Assembly: GCF_054482525.1 (NCBI RefSeq)
Contig: NZ_CM137006.1
Strand: one strand, 5' to 3'
DNA length: 64,000 nucleotides
Both the position numbers and the translations under genes were made by a program. Shown piece by piece: positions 34,330 to 46,815 of this stretch (positions within the stretch are counted from its first letter, which is position 1; every line of letters begins with the position of its first letter). The notes beneath the pieces are model-generated. The model had not been told where the DNA came from, did not search any database, and worked only from the letters and a program-made list of their open reading frames with translations.

Positions 34330-35668
34330 CATAAGCGCTAACTTAAGGGTTGAACCATCTGAAGAATGCGACGCCTCGGTGCCTCGTTAAGACGATGCCT
34401 CGCGTTCTTCAATTGCGTTTTGTAGGCTGTCAGGGATACTGTCCCACGAATGGCCACCTGTAAGCTCCAGATGACCATTTTTGTTATTCTCCACAACGAG
34501 TTAGTTCTTCTTTTCGGATCCGGCACTTCTGGGGGGGAAATCCAGCGATGGCTGGATTATGTCGTCAATTAAAAATGCGGCGAGTAGATTAGCAAATATC
34601 CACGCTTTCGCGAGTTCAGGTTCCTTTGCACGCAAAGCATCCAGGTGCAGCAAACTTTTGAGCCGCTTAAAAGCCAGTTCAATTTGCCATCGCAGACGGT
34701 AACAATCAGCCACTTGCTCTGCTGAATATTCATCTTCCGGTAATGATGTTAGCAATAGCACATGGCCCGCTGCTTCCAGCGTTTCCGCCTGAACTACTCG
34801 TCCTTTTCGACGATTCTCGCTGAGCAGTCGGGTTTTACTGATTAATGCTTTTTCGGGAGGAAGTGATACGGCAATGAGACGTGCCGGAAAGGGAGCTCCG
34901 GCTTTTTTATTACCTGAATTGCCTATCATTACAGTGGTTTCACCGTTCTTACCGCAATCCAGCCCGCGCAGAAAACCCATCATGTCAAAGCGCATTCCTT
35001 CTGCAGTTAACCAGCGCAATCCTCGCCAGTGAACCCGGACGATATAATCAGCTTCTCCAAAAGCAAGTGAGCGGATACATTCGGGACGCGAACCGAATCC
35101 CCGGTCAGCAATGCGTATCTCGTCTGCCGTTTGCGCAAATCGGTCCAGCCGTTCAGCGTCTCTGCTGTCGGTTAGCTCAAAATCAGTGAACTGACAGGTA
35201 TGAGGATCATATCCCATATGTAGTCGCCATTCAGCGCTGCCGCCCCCGGGCGCACTGATTGCTGTTCCATCGACAAGACGCAATCTCTTTCCGCTTGTAC
35301 AACCCGTAACTGCGGCGCGTACAGCAAGTGTTTGTGCGGCAAGTATGCCAAACCAGTCGGCGGCATTCCGCAGCCGCTTCAGGAGAGCCACGTCAGATAA
35401 TGTTGCAACGTCATGGAGCTGAGCCCATGCAGTGACTTCACGTAATGACATCCCCCCGGGGCCGTAAGCCAGCCCCAGACGTAGCAGAGTTGCAGCATCA
35501 CGAATTTCGCGGCGGCGGGTTAGAGCCCCGGCATTACGTGCCGAAGTATCCAGTTCTTCGGGCTTACCAATATGGGCCAGAATTGCTGACCAGTTATCGT
35601 GAGAGTAATTCATCGGCACGTTAAATCATATCAGGCGTAATACCACAACCCTTAAGTTAGCGCTTATG
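34330..35668 (-). mobile_element. IS186 (IS4 family), copy 1, transposase on minus strand
   Basis: ~1.34 kb bounded by 23-bp inverted repeats CATAAGCGCTAACTTAAGGGTTG; flanked by ~10-11 bp direct repeat GGATTACTCC (34319-34329 / 35669-35679). Confidence 0.9.
34501..35619 (-). CDS. insL: IS186 transposase
   Basis: 372-aa ORF MPMNYSHDNWSAILAHIGKPEELD..., identical in protein sequence to the ORF at 36231-37349. Confidence 0.95.
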   Translation of the reverse strand: MPMNYSHDNWSAILAHIGKPEELDTSARNAGALTRRREIRDAATLLRLGLAYGPGGMSLREVTAWAQLHDVATLSDVALLKRLRNAADWFGILAAQTLAVRAAVTGCTSGKRLRLVDGTAISAPGGGSAEWRLHMGYDPHTCQFTDFELTDSRDAERLDRFAQTADEIRIADRGFGSRPECIRSLAFGEADYIVRVHWRGLRWLTAEGMRFDMMGFLRGLDCGKNGETTVMIGNSGNKKAGAPFPARLIAVSLPPEKALISKTRLLSENRRKGRVVQAETLEAAGHVLLLTSLPEDEYSAEQVADCYRLRWQIELAFKRLKSLLHLDALRAKEPELAKAWIFANLLAAFLIDDIIQPSLDFPPRSAGSEKKN

Positions 35669-35689
35669 GGATTACTCCCCGCACAACGG

Positions 35690-35842
35690 CTACTTCTTCG
35701 GTTCGTAAGCGAGAACAGCCTTAAACTCAATATTACGTTCCTTCACCGTAAACTCACACAGCGAGTCGCGGACCAGAAGCGTAAATCCCAGCACCGTTAA
35801 ACACAGCACTATGACTGCCACAAGGGCATATTTCGTCAGCAT
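35690..35842 (-). CDS. Hok-family type I toxin, paralog 1
   Basis: 50 aa [50 protein letters not shown]; single TM helix plus conserved C-terminal Hok signature. Confidence 0.85.
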   Translation of the reverse strand: MLTKYALVAVIVLCLTVLGFTLLVRDSLCEFTVKERNIEFKAVLAYEPKK

Positions 35843-35987
35843 GTTTATATTGCCTCCATGCGAAGAAGGGACTACCATCCGAGTTGTTGAGGTTCGGAGT
35901 GGCAGCCCCAGGATTGATAGAAATATCTCCTGGGGCTTCATCTTTCCAGACCTCAGAGTAAACCTGAAACCGGAAAGCTTCAGGCAC
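35754..35987 (-). CDS. Candidate mok-like overlapping frame (modulator of hok translation), copy 1
   Basis: ORF in another frame that starts upstream of hok and ends inside it, as in hok/mok/sok modules; true start uncertain. Confidence 0.35.
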   Translation of the reverse strand: MPEAFRFQVYSEVWKDEAPGDISINPGAATPNLNNSDGSPFFAWRQYKHADEICPCGSHSAVFNGAGIYASGPRLAV

Positions 35988-36180
35988 CCGCTGTTATCTT
36001 ACCCTTCCTTAGCAAAATAACTGTTTATTTATACAGCTAGTCCTGTTTCGGACTTCTGTTGGCAACACTCGTTATTGCTCGTAAAACGACATCGCCCGCA
36101 GCCATTGCTGACCGCGGGCGAAAGTGTAAAGCAGGTGCCTTACCACCCTGACCTGACAACCGGATATGCGGGGATTACTC

Positions 36181-37520
36181 CCATAAGCGCTAACTTAAGG
36201 GTTGTGGTATTACGCCTGATATGATTTAACGTGCCGATGAATTACTCTCACGATAACTGGTCAGCAATTCTGGCCCATATTGGTAAGCCCGAAGAACTGG
36301 ATACTTCGGCACGTAATGCCGGGGCTCTAACCCGCCGCCGCGAAATTCGTGATGCTGCAACTCTGCTACGTCTGGGGCTGGCTTACGGCCCCGGGGGGAT
36401 GTCATTACGTGAAGTCACTGCATGGGCTCAGCTCCATGACGTTGCAACATTATCTGACGTGGCTCTCCTGAAGCGGCTGCGGAATGCCGCCGACTGGTTT
36501 GGCATACTTGCCGCACAAACACTTGCTGTACGCGCCGCAGTTACGGGTTGTACAAGCGGAAAGAGATTGCGTCTTGTCGATGGAACAGCAATCAGTGCGC
36601 CCGGGGGCGGCAGCGCTGAATGGCGACTACATATGGGATATGATCCTCATACCTGTCAGTTCACTGATTTTGAGCTAACCGACAGCAGAGACGCTGAACG
36701 GCTGGACCGATTTGCGCAAACGGCAGACGAGATACGCATTGCTGACCGGGGATTCGGTTCGCGTCCCGAATGTATCCGCTCACTTGCTTTTGGAGAAGCT
36801 GATTATATCGTCCGGGTTCACTGGCGAGGATTGCGCTGGTTAACTGCAGAAGGAATGCGCTTTGACATGATGGGTTTTCTGCGCGGGCTGGATTGCGGTA
36901 AGAACGGTGAAACCACTGTAATGATAGGCAATTCAGGTAATAAAAAAGCCGGAGCTCCCTTTCCGGCACGTCTCATTGCCGTATCACTTCCTCCCGAAAA
37001 AGCATTAATCAGTAAAACCCGACTGCTCAGCGAGAATCGTCGAAAAGGACGAGTAGTTCAGGCGGAAACGCTGGAAGCAGCGGGCCATGTGCTATTGCTA
37101 ACATCATTACCGGAAGATGAATATTCAGCAGAGCAAGTGGCTGATTGTTACCGTCTGCGATGGCAAATTGAACTGGCTTTTAAGCGGCTCAAAAGTTTGC
37201 TGCACCTGGATGCTTTGCGTGCAAAGGAACCTGAACTCGCGAAAGCGTGGATATTTGCTAATCTACTCGCCGCATTTTTAATTGACGACATAATCCAGCC
37301 ATCGCTGGATTTCCCCCCCAGAAGTGCCGGATCCGAAAAGAAGAACTAACTCGTTGTGGAGAATAACAAAAATGGTCATCTGGAGCTTACAGGTGGCCAT
37401 TCGTGGGACAGTATCCCTGACAGCCTACAAAACGCAATTGAAGAACGCGAGGCATCGTCTTAACGAGGCACCGAGGCGTCGCATTCTTCAGATGGTTCAA
37501 CCCTTAAGTTAGCGCTTATG
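36181..37520 (+). mobile_element. IS186, copy 2, transposase on plus strand (inverted relative to copy 1)
   Basis: Same 23-bp terminal inverted repeats; interior is the reverse complement of copy 1; flanked by GGATTACTCC direct repeat (36170-36180 / 37521-37531). Confidence 0.9.
36231..37349 (+). CDS. insL: IS186 transposase
   Basis: 372-aa ORF identical to the copy at 34501-35619. Confidence 0.95.
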   Translation: MPMNYSHDNWSAILAHIGKPEELDTSARNAGALTRRREIRDAATLLRLGLAYGPGGMSLREVTAWAQLHDVATLSDVALLKRLRNAADWFGILAAQTLAVRAAVTGCTSGKRLRLVDGTAISAPGGGSAEWRLHMGYDPHTCQFTDFELTDSRDAERLDRFAQTADEIRIADRGFGSRPECIRSLAFGEADYIVRVHWRGLRWLTAEGMRFDMMGFLRGLDCGKNGETTVMIGNSGNKKAGAPFPARLIAVSLPPEKALISKTRLLSENRRKGRVVQAETLEAAGHVLLLTSLPEDEYSAEQVADCYRLRWQIELAFKRLKSLLHLDALRAKEPELAKAWIFANLLAAFLIDDIIQPSLDFPPRSAGSEKKN

Positions 37521-37541
37521 GGATTACTCCCCGCACAACGG

Positions 37542-37694
37542 CTACTTCTTCGGTTCGTAAGCGAGAACAGCCTTAAACTCAATATTACGTTCCTTCACCG
37601 TAAACTCACACAGCGAGTCTCCGACCAGAAGCGTAAATCCCAGCACCGTCAAACACAGCACTATGACTGCCGCAAGGGCATATTTCGTCAGCAT
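37542..37694 (-). CDS. hokE: Hok-family type I toxin, paralog 2 (probably the hokE equivalent next to ybdK)
   Basis: 50 aa [50 protein letters not shown]; differs from paralog 1 at two residues (V8A, R25G). Confidence 0.8.
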   Translation of the reverse strand: MLTKYALAAVIVLCLTVLGFTLLVGDSLCEFTVKERNIEFKAVLAYEPKK

Positions 37695-37794
37695 GTTTAT
37701 ATTGCCTCCATGCGAAGAAGGGACTACCATCCAAATTGTTTGGGTTTGGAGTGGCAGCCCCAGGGTTGATAGAAATATCGTCCTGGGGCTTCAT
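37606..37794 (-). CDS. Candidate mok-like overlapping frame, copy 2
   Basis: Out-of-frame ORF overlapping the 5' part of hok paralog 2. Confidence 0.35.
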   Translation of the reverse strand: MKPQDDISINPGAATPNPNNLDGSPFFAWRQYKHADEICPCGSHSAVFDGAGIYASGRRLAV

Positions 37795-38125
37795 CTTTCC
37801 AGACCTCAGAGTAAACCTGAAACCGGAAAGCTTCAGGCACCCGCCGTTATCTTACCCTTCCTTAGCAAAATGGCTGTTTATTTATACAGTAAGTCCTGTT
37901 TCGGACTTCTCAATCCTCATTTGATCAACTGAAGCTGAACCCGTTTTTTTCTGCATGCCTCAATCGTCAAAATTCTTCGCCACCAGTCCGCACTGCCATA
38001 ACTTGTCATATTGCAAAATGTAGCCAATTTGCTTCAGTCACCATCATCAAAAAAAAACATTCCAGAACTTCCGCATCTCGCCCAGTCGCTCCCACTTCTA
38101 TACTGAATAGAAAACGCCAACATAA

Positions 38126-39253
<1,128 letters not shown>

Positions 39254-39318
39254 GCCGGGAATTGCCTTACAGAAGAATATCCCTGACAATGGTGTTTTAA
39301 CTTACATTTAACAATGTT

Positions 39319-39567
39319 ATGAAACACCCTTTAGAAACCTTGACCACCGCAGCAGGCATTTTGCTGATGGCTTTCCTTTCTTGCCTGCTGCTGCCCGCCC
39401 CCGCACTGGGGCTGACGCTGGCACAAAAACTGGTGACCATGTTCCATCTGATGGATCTTAGCCAGCTTTACACTTTATTGTTTTGTCTGTGGTTTTTAGT
39501 GCTGGGCGCTATTGAGTATTTTGTTCTGCGCTTTATCTGGCGACGCTGGTTCTCGCTGGCGGATTAA
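39319..39567 (+). CDS. ybdJ: Small inner-membrane protein YbdJ (DUF1158)
   Basis: 82-aa two-TM ORF; context. Confidence 0.8.
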   Translation: MKHPLETLTTAAGILLMAFLSCLLLPAPALGLTLAQKLVTMFHLMDLSQLYTLLFCLWFLVLGAIEYFVLRFIWRRWFSLAD

Positions 39568-39631
39568 ACGTCGATTATCGCCGTACTTCGCGGCATACTT
39601 TGCTTATTCTCCTTCGCCTAAAGGAACGTTT

Positions 39632-40000
39632 ATGGATAAGCAATCACTGCGCGAAACGGCGAAACGCCTGGCCCTTGAGTTACCCTTTGTCGAGCTTTGC
39701 TGGCCTTTTGGCCCGGAGTTCGATGTTTTTAAAATTGGCGGCAAGATTTTTATGCTGTCGTCGGAGCTGCGCGGCGTCCCCTTTATCAATCTGAAGTCCG
39801 ATCCACAAAAATCCCTGTTAAATCAGCAAATATACCCGAGCATCAAGCCAGGGTATCACATGAATAAAAAGCACTGGATTTCAGTGTATCCCGGCGAGGA
39901 AATCTCCGAAGCGTTACTTCGCGATCTGATCAACGATTCGTGGAATCTGGTGGTTGATGGTCTGGCTAAACGCGATCAAAAAAGAGTGCGTCCAGGCTAA
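39632..40000 (+). CDS. ybdF: YbdF (DUF419 family)
   Basis: ORF 39512-40000; start at [19 protein letters not shown] gives 122 aa. Confidence 0.85.
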   Translation: MDKQSLRETAKRLALELPFVELCWPFGPEFDVFKIGGKIFMLSSELRGVPFINLKSDPQKSLLNQQIYPSIKPGYHMNKKHWISVYPGEEISEALLRDLINDSWNLVVDGLAKRDQKRVRPG

Positions 40001-40093
40001 AGCGGAAATCTATAGCGCATTTTTCTCGCTTACCATTTCTCGTTGAACCTTGTAATCTGCTGGCACGCAAAATTACTTTCACATGGAGTCTTT

Positions 40094-40747
40094 ATGGATA
40101 TCATTTCTGTCGCCTTAAAGCGTCATTCCACTAAGGCATTTGATGCCAGCAAAAAACTTACCCCGGAACAGGCCGAGCAGATCAAAACTCTCCTGCAATA
40201 CAGCCCATCCAGCACCAACTCCCAGCCATGGCATTTTATTGTTGCCAGCACGGAAGAAGGTAAAGCGCGTGTTGCCAAATCCGCTGCCGATAATTACGTG
40301 TTCAACGAGCGTAAAATACTTGATGCCTCGCACGTCGTGGTGTTCTGTGCAAAAACCGCGATGGACGATGCCTGGCTGAAGCTGGTTGTTGACCAGGAAG
40401 ATGCCGATGGCCGCTTTGCCACGCCGGAAGCGAAAGCCGCGAACGATAAAGGTCGCAAGTTCTTCGCCGATATGCACCGTAAAGATCTGCATGATGATGC
40501 GCAGTGGATGGCAAAACAGGTTTATCTCAACGTCGGTAACTTCCTGCTCGGCGTGGCGGCTCTGGGTCTGGACGCGGTGCCCATCGAAGGTTTTGACGCC
40601 GCCATCCTCGATGAAGAATTTGGTCTGAAAGAGAAAGGCTACACCAGTCTGGTGGTTGTTCCGGTAGGTCATCACAGCGTTGAAGATTTTAACGCTACGC
40701 TGCCGAAATCTCGTCTGCCGCAAAACATCACCTTAACCGAAGTGTAA
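40094..40747 (+). CDS. nfsB: Oxygen-insensitive NAD(P)H nitroreductase NfsB
   Basis: ORF 40043-40747; start at [17 protein letters not shown] gives 217 aa. Confidence 0.95.
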   Translation: MDIISVALKRHSTKAFDASKKLTPEQAEQIKTLLQYSPSSTNSQPWHFIVASTEEGKARVAKSAADNYVFNERKILDASHVVVFCAKTAMDDAWLKLVVDQEDADGRFATPEAKAANDKGRKFFADMHRKDLHDDAQWMAKQVYLNVGNFLLGVAALGLDAVPIEGFDAAILDEEFGLKEKGYTSLVVVPVGHHSVEDFNATLPKSRLPQNITLTEV

Positions 40748-40756
40748 TTCTCTCTT

Positions 40757-40781
40757 GCCGGGCATCTGCCCGGCTATTTCC
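40757..40781 (+). terminator. Candidate terminator after nfsB
   Basis: Hairpin gccgggcatctgcccggc followed by T-rich tatttcc. Confidence 0.4.
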
Positions 40782-40806
40782 CCTCAGATTCTCCTGATTT
40801 GCATAA

Positions 40807-42102
<1,296 letters not shown>

Positions 42103-42103
42103 T

Positions 42104-42143
42104 TAAAAAAACCGCTCTCATCGAATGGATGAGAGCGGTTTCG
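42104..42143. terminator. Bidirectional rho-independent terminator between convergent mscM and pheP
   Basis: AAAAAAA-ccgctctcatc-gaatg-gatgagagcgg-TTTCGG perfect hairpin. Confidence 0.6.
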
Positions 42144-42182
42144 GATGGTTGACATCATTTTGTCGGATACGGCGCGAATGCC

Positions 42183-43559
42183 TTATTTCCGACGCAGCGT
42201 TTTAAACGCTACAAACAGGAATACAATCCACACTGGCAGCAGAATCGCTGACAAGCGCATATCATCCATCGTGCACATCAGCAGCAAAATCATGCCGAGG
42301 AAGGCGATGCAAAGATAGTTGCCGAACGGATAGAGCAGCGCCTTAAACTGTGTTTCACGTCCCTGACGTCGCATCGCCGCGCGAAAACGCAGATGCGCCA
42401 GGCAGATCATAATCCAGTTCAATAGCAGCGTTGCTACCACCAGCGCCATCAGCAGACCAAACGCTTTTTGCGGCAGCAGATAGTTGATTAACACCACCAG
42501 CGAAGTGATGGCTCCGGAAAGCATCAGCGAGTTAATCGGCACGCCGCGACGGCTGACGCGAGTCAAAAACTTCGGCGCATTACCCTGCACAGAAAGGCCA
42601 AACAGCATGCGGCTGTTAGAGTAAACCCCGCTGTTATACACCGATAATGATGCTACCAGAATGACGAAGTTCAGCGCAGAAGCCACCACGTTGCTGTCGA
42701 GATTATGGAAAATCATCACAAACGGGCTACTGTTGGATTTCACTTCCACCCACGGATAGAGTGCCAGTAAAACCACCAGTGAACCGATGTAAAACAGCAG
42801 GATGCGATACACCACCTGATTCACTGCTTTAGGGATGCTTTTTTCCGGAGCGCGCGCTTCAGCGGCAGTAATCCCAATCAGCTCCAGCCCGCCGAAGGAG
42901 AACATAATCACCGCCAGCGACAAAATCAGCCCATTCCAGCCGGTGGCAAAAAAACCACCGTAGCGCCAGAGGTTATCGATACTGGCTTTCTCGCCGCCGT
43001 GACCAGAAAACAGCAGCCACAGACCAAAGCCGATCATGCCGATGATCGCCAGCACTTTAATCAGCGCAAACCAGAACTCGGTTTCGCCATATAAGCGCAC
43101 GTTCACCAGGTTAACGGCGTTGATGATAATAAAGAAGGCGGCAGCCCAAATCCACGTTGGAACATCCGGGAACCAGTACTGCATATAGATGCCCGCAGCG
43201 GTCAGCTCTGCCATTCCCACCAGCACGAACATTACCCAGTAGTTCCAGCCAGAGAGGAAGCCCGCAAACGGTCCCCAGTATTTATAGGCAAAGTGGGCAA
43301 ATGAACCGGATACCGGCTCCTCAACCACCATTTCGCCAAGCTGGCGCATAATCAGGAAAGCGATGATCCCGGCGACGCCGTAGCCCAGCAATACAGCCGG
43401 ACCCGCCATCTGAATCGCCGGGCCAATGCCAAGAAACAGACCAGTACCAATTGCGCCACCCAGCGCAATCAGTTGAATATGACGGTTATGTAATCCGCGA
43501 TGAAGCGTCGGCTCTTGATTCGACGCAGTATCTTCCGATACGGTTGACGCGTTTTTCAC
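42183..43559 (-). CDS. pheP: Phenylalanine-specific permease PheP (APC family)
   Basis: ORF 42183-43595; GTG start at (V)KNASTVSEDTASNQEPTLHRGL gives 458 aa. Confidence 0.95.
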   Translation of the reverse strand: MKNASTVSEDTASNQEPTLHRGLHNRHIQLIALGGAIGTGLFLGIGPAIQMAGPAVLLGYGVAGIIAFLIMRQLGEMVVEEPVSGSFAHFAYKYWGPFAGFLSGWNYWVMFVLVGMAELTAAGIYMQYWFPDVPTWIWAAAFFIIINAVNLVNVRLYGETEFWFALIKVLAIIGMIGFGLWLLFSGHGGEKASIDNLWRYGGFFATGWNGLILSLAVIMFSFGGLELIGITAAEARAPEKSIPKAVNQVVYRILLFYIGSLVVLLALYPWVEVKSNSSPFVMIFHNLDSNVVASALNFVILVASLSVYNSGVYSNSRMLFGLSVQGNAPKFLTRVSRRGVPINSLMLSGAITSLVVLINYLLPQKAFGLLMALVVATLLLNWIMICLAHLRFRAAMRRQGRETQFKALLYPFGNYLCIAFLGMILLLMCTMDDMRLSAILLPVWIVFLFVAFKTLRRK

Positions 43560-43660
43560 GCCTTTCCCCTGTGTGTCTTTTTTGTTGAGGGGCACCTTTT
43601 AACATTTAGTGCCCATCGTCGCAAGACACAATCCACACGGTTAAACCGGGTATCCTGCTT

Positions 43661-46600
43661 TTATTTCCGTACCCGATGTCGGTGCAGCCACATCAGCTTA
43701 TACGCCGCCGGGATAATAAACAGCGACAGCAAAGGCGCGGTGATCATGCCGCCAATCATCGGCGCGGCAATCCGGCTCATCACCTCTGATCCTGCCCCCG
43801 TTCCCCACAGAATCGGCAGCAGACCAGCGATAATCACCGCCACCGTCATCGCTTTCGGGCGCACGCGCAGGACCGCGCCGTGATACAACGCCTCATCCAG
43901 CTTCTGCTCGCTGAATGTTTGCGGATTATTCAACGACGGCTCGGCCTCTATGGCGTGACGTAAATACATCAGCATCACCACGCCAAATTCGGCGGCGACC
44001 CCGGCAAGGGCAATAAAACCGGTGCCCGTCGCCACGGAAAGATGAAAGCCCATCCACCACAGCAACCAGATGCCGCCCACCAGCGCAAACGGTACGCTGC
44101 TGATAATCAGCAACGCTTCGCCCACCCGACGGAACGCCAAATACAACAGCACGAAGATGATCATCAACGTCATCGGCACCATGAGTTTCAGCTTATGGTT
44201 GGCGCGTTCCAGTAGCTCGAACTGCCCGGAGAATGCCACGCTGGTGCCCGGTTTTAACTGCACTTTTTCAGCTATCGCTTTTTGCAGATCGTGAACCACC
44301 GACACCATGTCACGATCGCGGGCATCGATATAAATCCAGCTCGTCGGGCGCGCATTCTCGGTTTTCAGCATCGACGGTCCGGTAGAGACTTTAACGTCGG
44401 CCACGTCTGCCAGGGTGATTTGCTGCTTCATCGGCGTCAGGATCGGCAACTGGCGCAGTGCCTGCGGACTATCGCGCCAGCTTTGCGGATAACGCAGATT
44501 AATTGGATAACGGGCAATCCCTTCCACCGTTTCGCCAACCATCGCCCCGCCCACCGCAGAAGTCACAAACAACTGCACATCCGCCACCGTCATACCGTAA
44601 CGCGCGGCTTTTTCACGGTTAATCTCAACGTTGATATAGCGCCCACCTTCCAGACGCTCGGCAAGCGCAGAAGCTACGCCTGGCACCGTTCGCGCCACTT
44701 CTTCAATTTGCTCCGCCATCGCGTCGATATCCGCCAGCACAGTGCCGGAAACTTTAATGCCGATGGGGCTTTTAATGCCAGTCGAGAGCATATCGATACG
44801 GTTACGAATTGGCGGCACCCACAGATTCGCCAGCCCCGGCAGCCGCACGGTGTTATCCAGTTCCTCGATGATTTTGTCCATCGTCATGCCTGGCCGCCAC
44901 TGATCTTGTGGCTTAAGCTGGATGGTCGTTTCTACCATCTCCAGCGGAGCAGAATCGGTGGCGGTTTCCGCTTTCCCGGTTTTGCCAAATACCCGCGCCA
45001 CTTCAGGTACGCTCATAATCAGCTTGTCGGTTTTTTGCAGCATACTCGCCGCCTCTGCTGCGGAAATCCCCGGCAGCGTCGATGGCATATACAACAAGTC
45101 GCCTTCATTGATCTGCGGTAAAAATTCCCCGCCAACTTTATTGAGCGGCCAGAGAACCGTCAGCACCGAAAGCGCCGCCACCAGCAGCGTGGTTTTCGGC
45201 CAGTGCAGTACTTTCAGCAACAGCGGATGATAAACACGAATCAAAAAGCGATTGAGCGGGTTACTGCTTTCCGGCGGAATTTTGCCACGGATCCAGTAGC
45301 CCATCAGGATAGGGATCACTACGATCGCCAGCAGCGCCGCACCCGCCATCGCATACGTTTTGGTGAACGCCAGCGGGCCAAACAGATGCCCTTCCTGCCC
45401 TTCCAGGGTGAAGATCGGGATAAACGACAACGTGATAATCAGCAGACTGATAAACAGCGCCGGCCCCACTTCAACAGATGCATCGGTGATCACCTGCCAG
45501 CGCGTTTTATTATCCAGCGTGGCGTCAGGATGCTGGTGCTGCCACTCTTCCAGCCGTTTATGTGCATTCTCGATCATGACGATAGCGGCATCGACCATCG
45601 CCCCGACGGCAATCGCAATACCGCCCAGCGACATAATATTGGCGTTCAGTCCCTGAAAGTGCATGACAATAAAAGCAATACACAACCCCAGCGGCAACGA
45701 AATAATCGCCACCAGCGCCGAGCGCACATGCCAGAGAAACAGCGCACAGACTACCGCCACCACAATAAACTCTTCCAGCAACTTGCCGCTGAGGTTGTCG
45801 ATGGCGCGGTCAATGAGCTGGCTGCGATCGTATGTTGTAACTATCTCCACGCCTTCCGGCAGACTGCTTTTCAGCGTTTCCAGTTTGTCTTTCACGGCGG
45901 CGATCACTTCTCGGGCGTTTTTGCCGGAGCGCAGGATCACCACCCCGCCCGCCACTTCGCCTTCGCCGTTCAGTTCGGCAATGCCCCGGCGCATCTCCGG
46001 GCCAATCTGGACCTTCGCAACATCGCGCAGATAAACGGGCACGCCATTTTCACTGGCTTTTAAAACGATGTGATTAAAGTCGTCGAGCGTTTGCAGATAG
46101 CCGCTGGCGCGCACCATATATTCCGCTTCCGCCAGTTCGATCGACGAACCGCCCGCTTCCTGGTTTGAAGCATCCAGCGCGCTTTTTACTTCGGCGAGAC
46201 TGATGCCATATTGCGCCAGGCGCTGAGGATCGATAACCACCTGATACTCTTTCACCACACCGCCTACCGACGCCACTTCCGCAACGTCAGGAATGGTTTT
46301 CAGCTCATATTTGAGAAACCAGTCCTGCAATGAGCGTAAATCGGCAAGATCGTGCTTACCGCTGCGATCCACCAGTGCATATTCATAGATCCAGCCAACA
46401 CCCGTGGCATCTGGCCCCAGCTCGGCGCTGACTCCCGCAGGCAGCTTACCCTGTACCTGGTTGAGGTACTCCAGCACCCGCGAGCGCGCCCAGTATGGAT
46501 CGGTGCCATCTTCGAAAATGACATACACATAAGAGTCGCCAAACTGCGAGAAACCGCGCACAGTCTTCGCGCCAGGCACCGACAACATAGTGGTGGTTAG

Positions 46601-46804
46601 CGGATAAGTCACCTGATTTTCAACGATTTGCGGTGCCTGACCGGGATAGCTGGTTTTAATAATCACCTGCACATCGGAGAGATCCGGCAGCGCATCCACT
46701 GGCGTGTTAATGATGGTCCAGGTGCCCCAGATACTCAGAAACAACGCGCCCATCAGCACCAGAAAACGGTTCGCCACCGAGCGACGAATAATCCATTCAA
46801 TCAT
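43661..46804 (-). CDS. cusA: Cu(I)/Ag(I) efflux RND transporter CusA
   Basis: 1047-aa [30 protein letters not shown]...; RND family. Confidence 0.95.
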   Translation of the reverse strand: MIEWIIRRSVANRFLVLMGALFLSIWGTWTIINTPVDALPDLSDVQVIIKTSYPGQAPQIVENQVTYPLTTTMLSVPGAKTVRGFSQFGDSYVYVIFEDGTDPYWARSRVLEYLNQVQGKLPAGVSAELGPDATGVGWIYEYALVDRSGKHDLADLRSLQDWFLKYELKTIPDVAEVASVGGVVKEYQVVIDPQRLAQYGISLAEVKSALDASNQEAGGSSIELAEAEYMVRASGYLQTLDDFNHIVLKASENGVPVYLRDVAKVQIGPEMRRGIAELNGEGEVAGGVVILRSGKNAREVIAAVKDKLETLKSSLPEGVEIVTTYDRSQLIDRAIDNLSGKLLEEFIVVAVVCALFLWHVRSALVAIISLPLGLCIAFIVMHFQGLNANIMSLGGIAIAVGAMVDAAIVMIENAHKRLEEWQHQHPDATLDNKTRWQVITDASVEVGPALFISLLIITLSFIPIFTLEGQEGHLFGPLAFTKTYAMAGAALLAIVVIPILMGYWIRGKIPPESSNPLNRFLIRVYHPLLLKVLHWPKTTLLVAALSVLTVLWPLNKVGGEFLPQINEGDLLYMPSTLPGISAAEAASMLQKTDKLIMSVPEVARVFGKTGKAETATDSAPLEMVETTIQLKPQDQWRPGMTMDKIIEELDNTVRLPGLANLWVPPIRNRIDMLSTGIKSPIGIKVSGTVLADIDAMAEQIEEVARTVPGVASALAERLEGGRYINVEINREKAARYGMTVADVQLFVTSAVGGAMVGETVEGIARYPINLRYPQSWRDSPQALRQLPILTPMKQQITLADVADVKVSTGPSMLKTENARPTSWIYIDARDRDMVSVVHDLQKAIAEKVQLKPGTSVAFSGQFELLERANHKLKLMVPMTLMIIFVLLYLAFRRVGEALLIISSVPFALVGGIWLLWWMGFHLSVATGTGFIALAGVAAEFGVVMLMYLRHAIEAEPSLNNPQTFSEQKLDEALYHGAVLRVRPKAMTVAVIIAGLLPILWGTGAGSEVMSRIAAPMIGGMITAPLLSLFIIPAAYKLMWLHRHRVRK

Positions 46805-46815
46805 TGGTTATTCCC

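Noticed and set aside
34241-37911. Possibility that the duplicated hok-IS186 unit is a simple recent tandem duplication or assembly artefact
   Set aside because: The non-IS parts of the two units differ at multiple positions and the IS copies are inverted, which a simple recent duplication or collapsed-repeat artefact would not produce; it still needs read-level confirmation.
44282-46063. Long plus-strand ORFs (279 aa and 286 aa) opposite cusA
   Set aside because: Antisense to an intact 1047-aa RND transporter gene; His/Arg/Gln-rich composition with no recognisable motifs.
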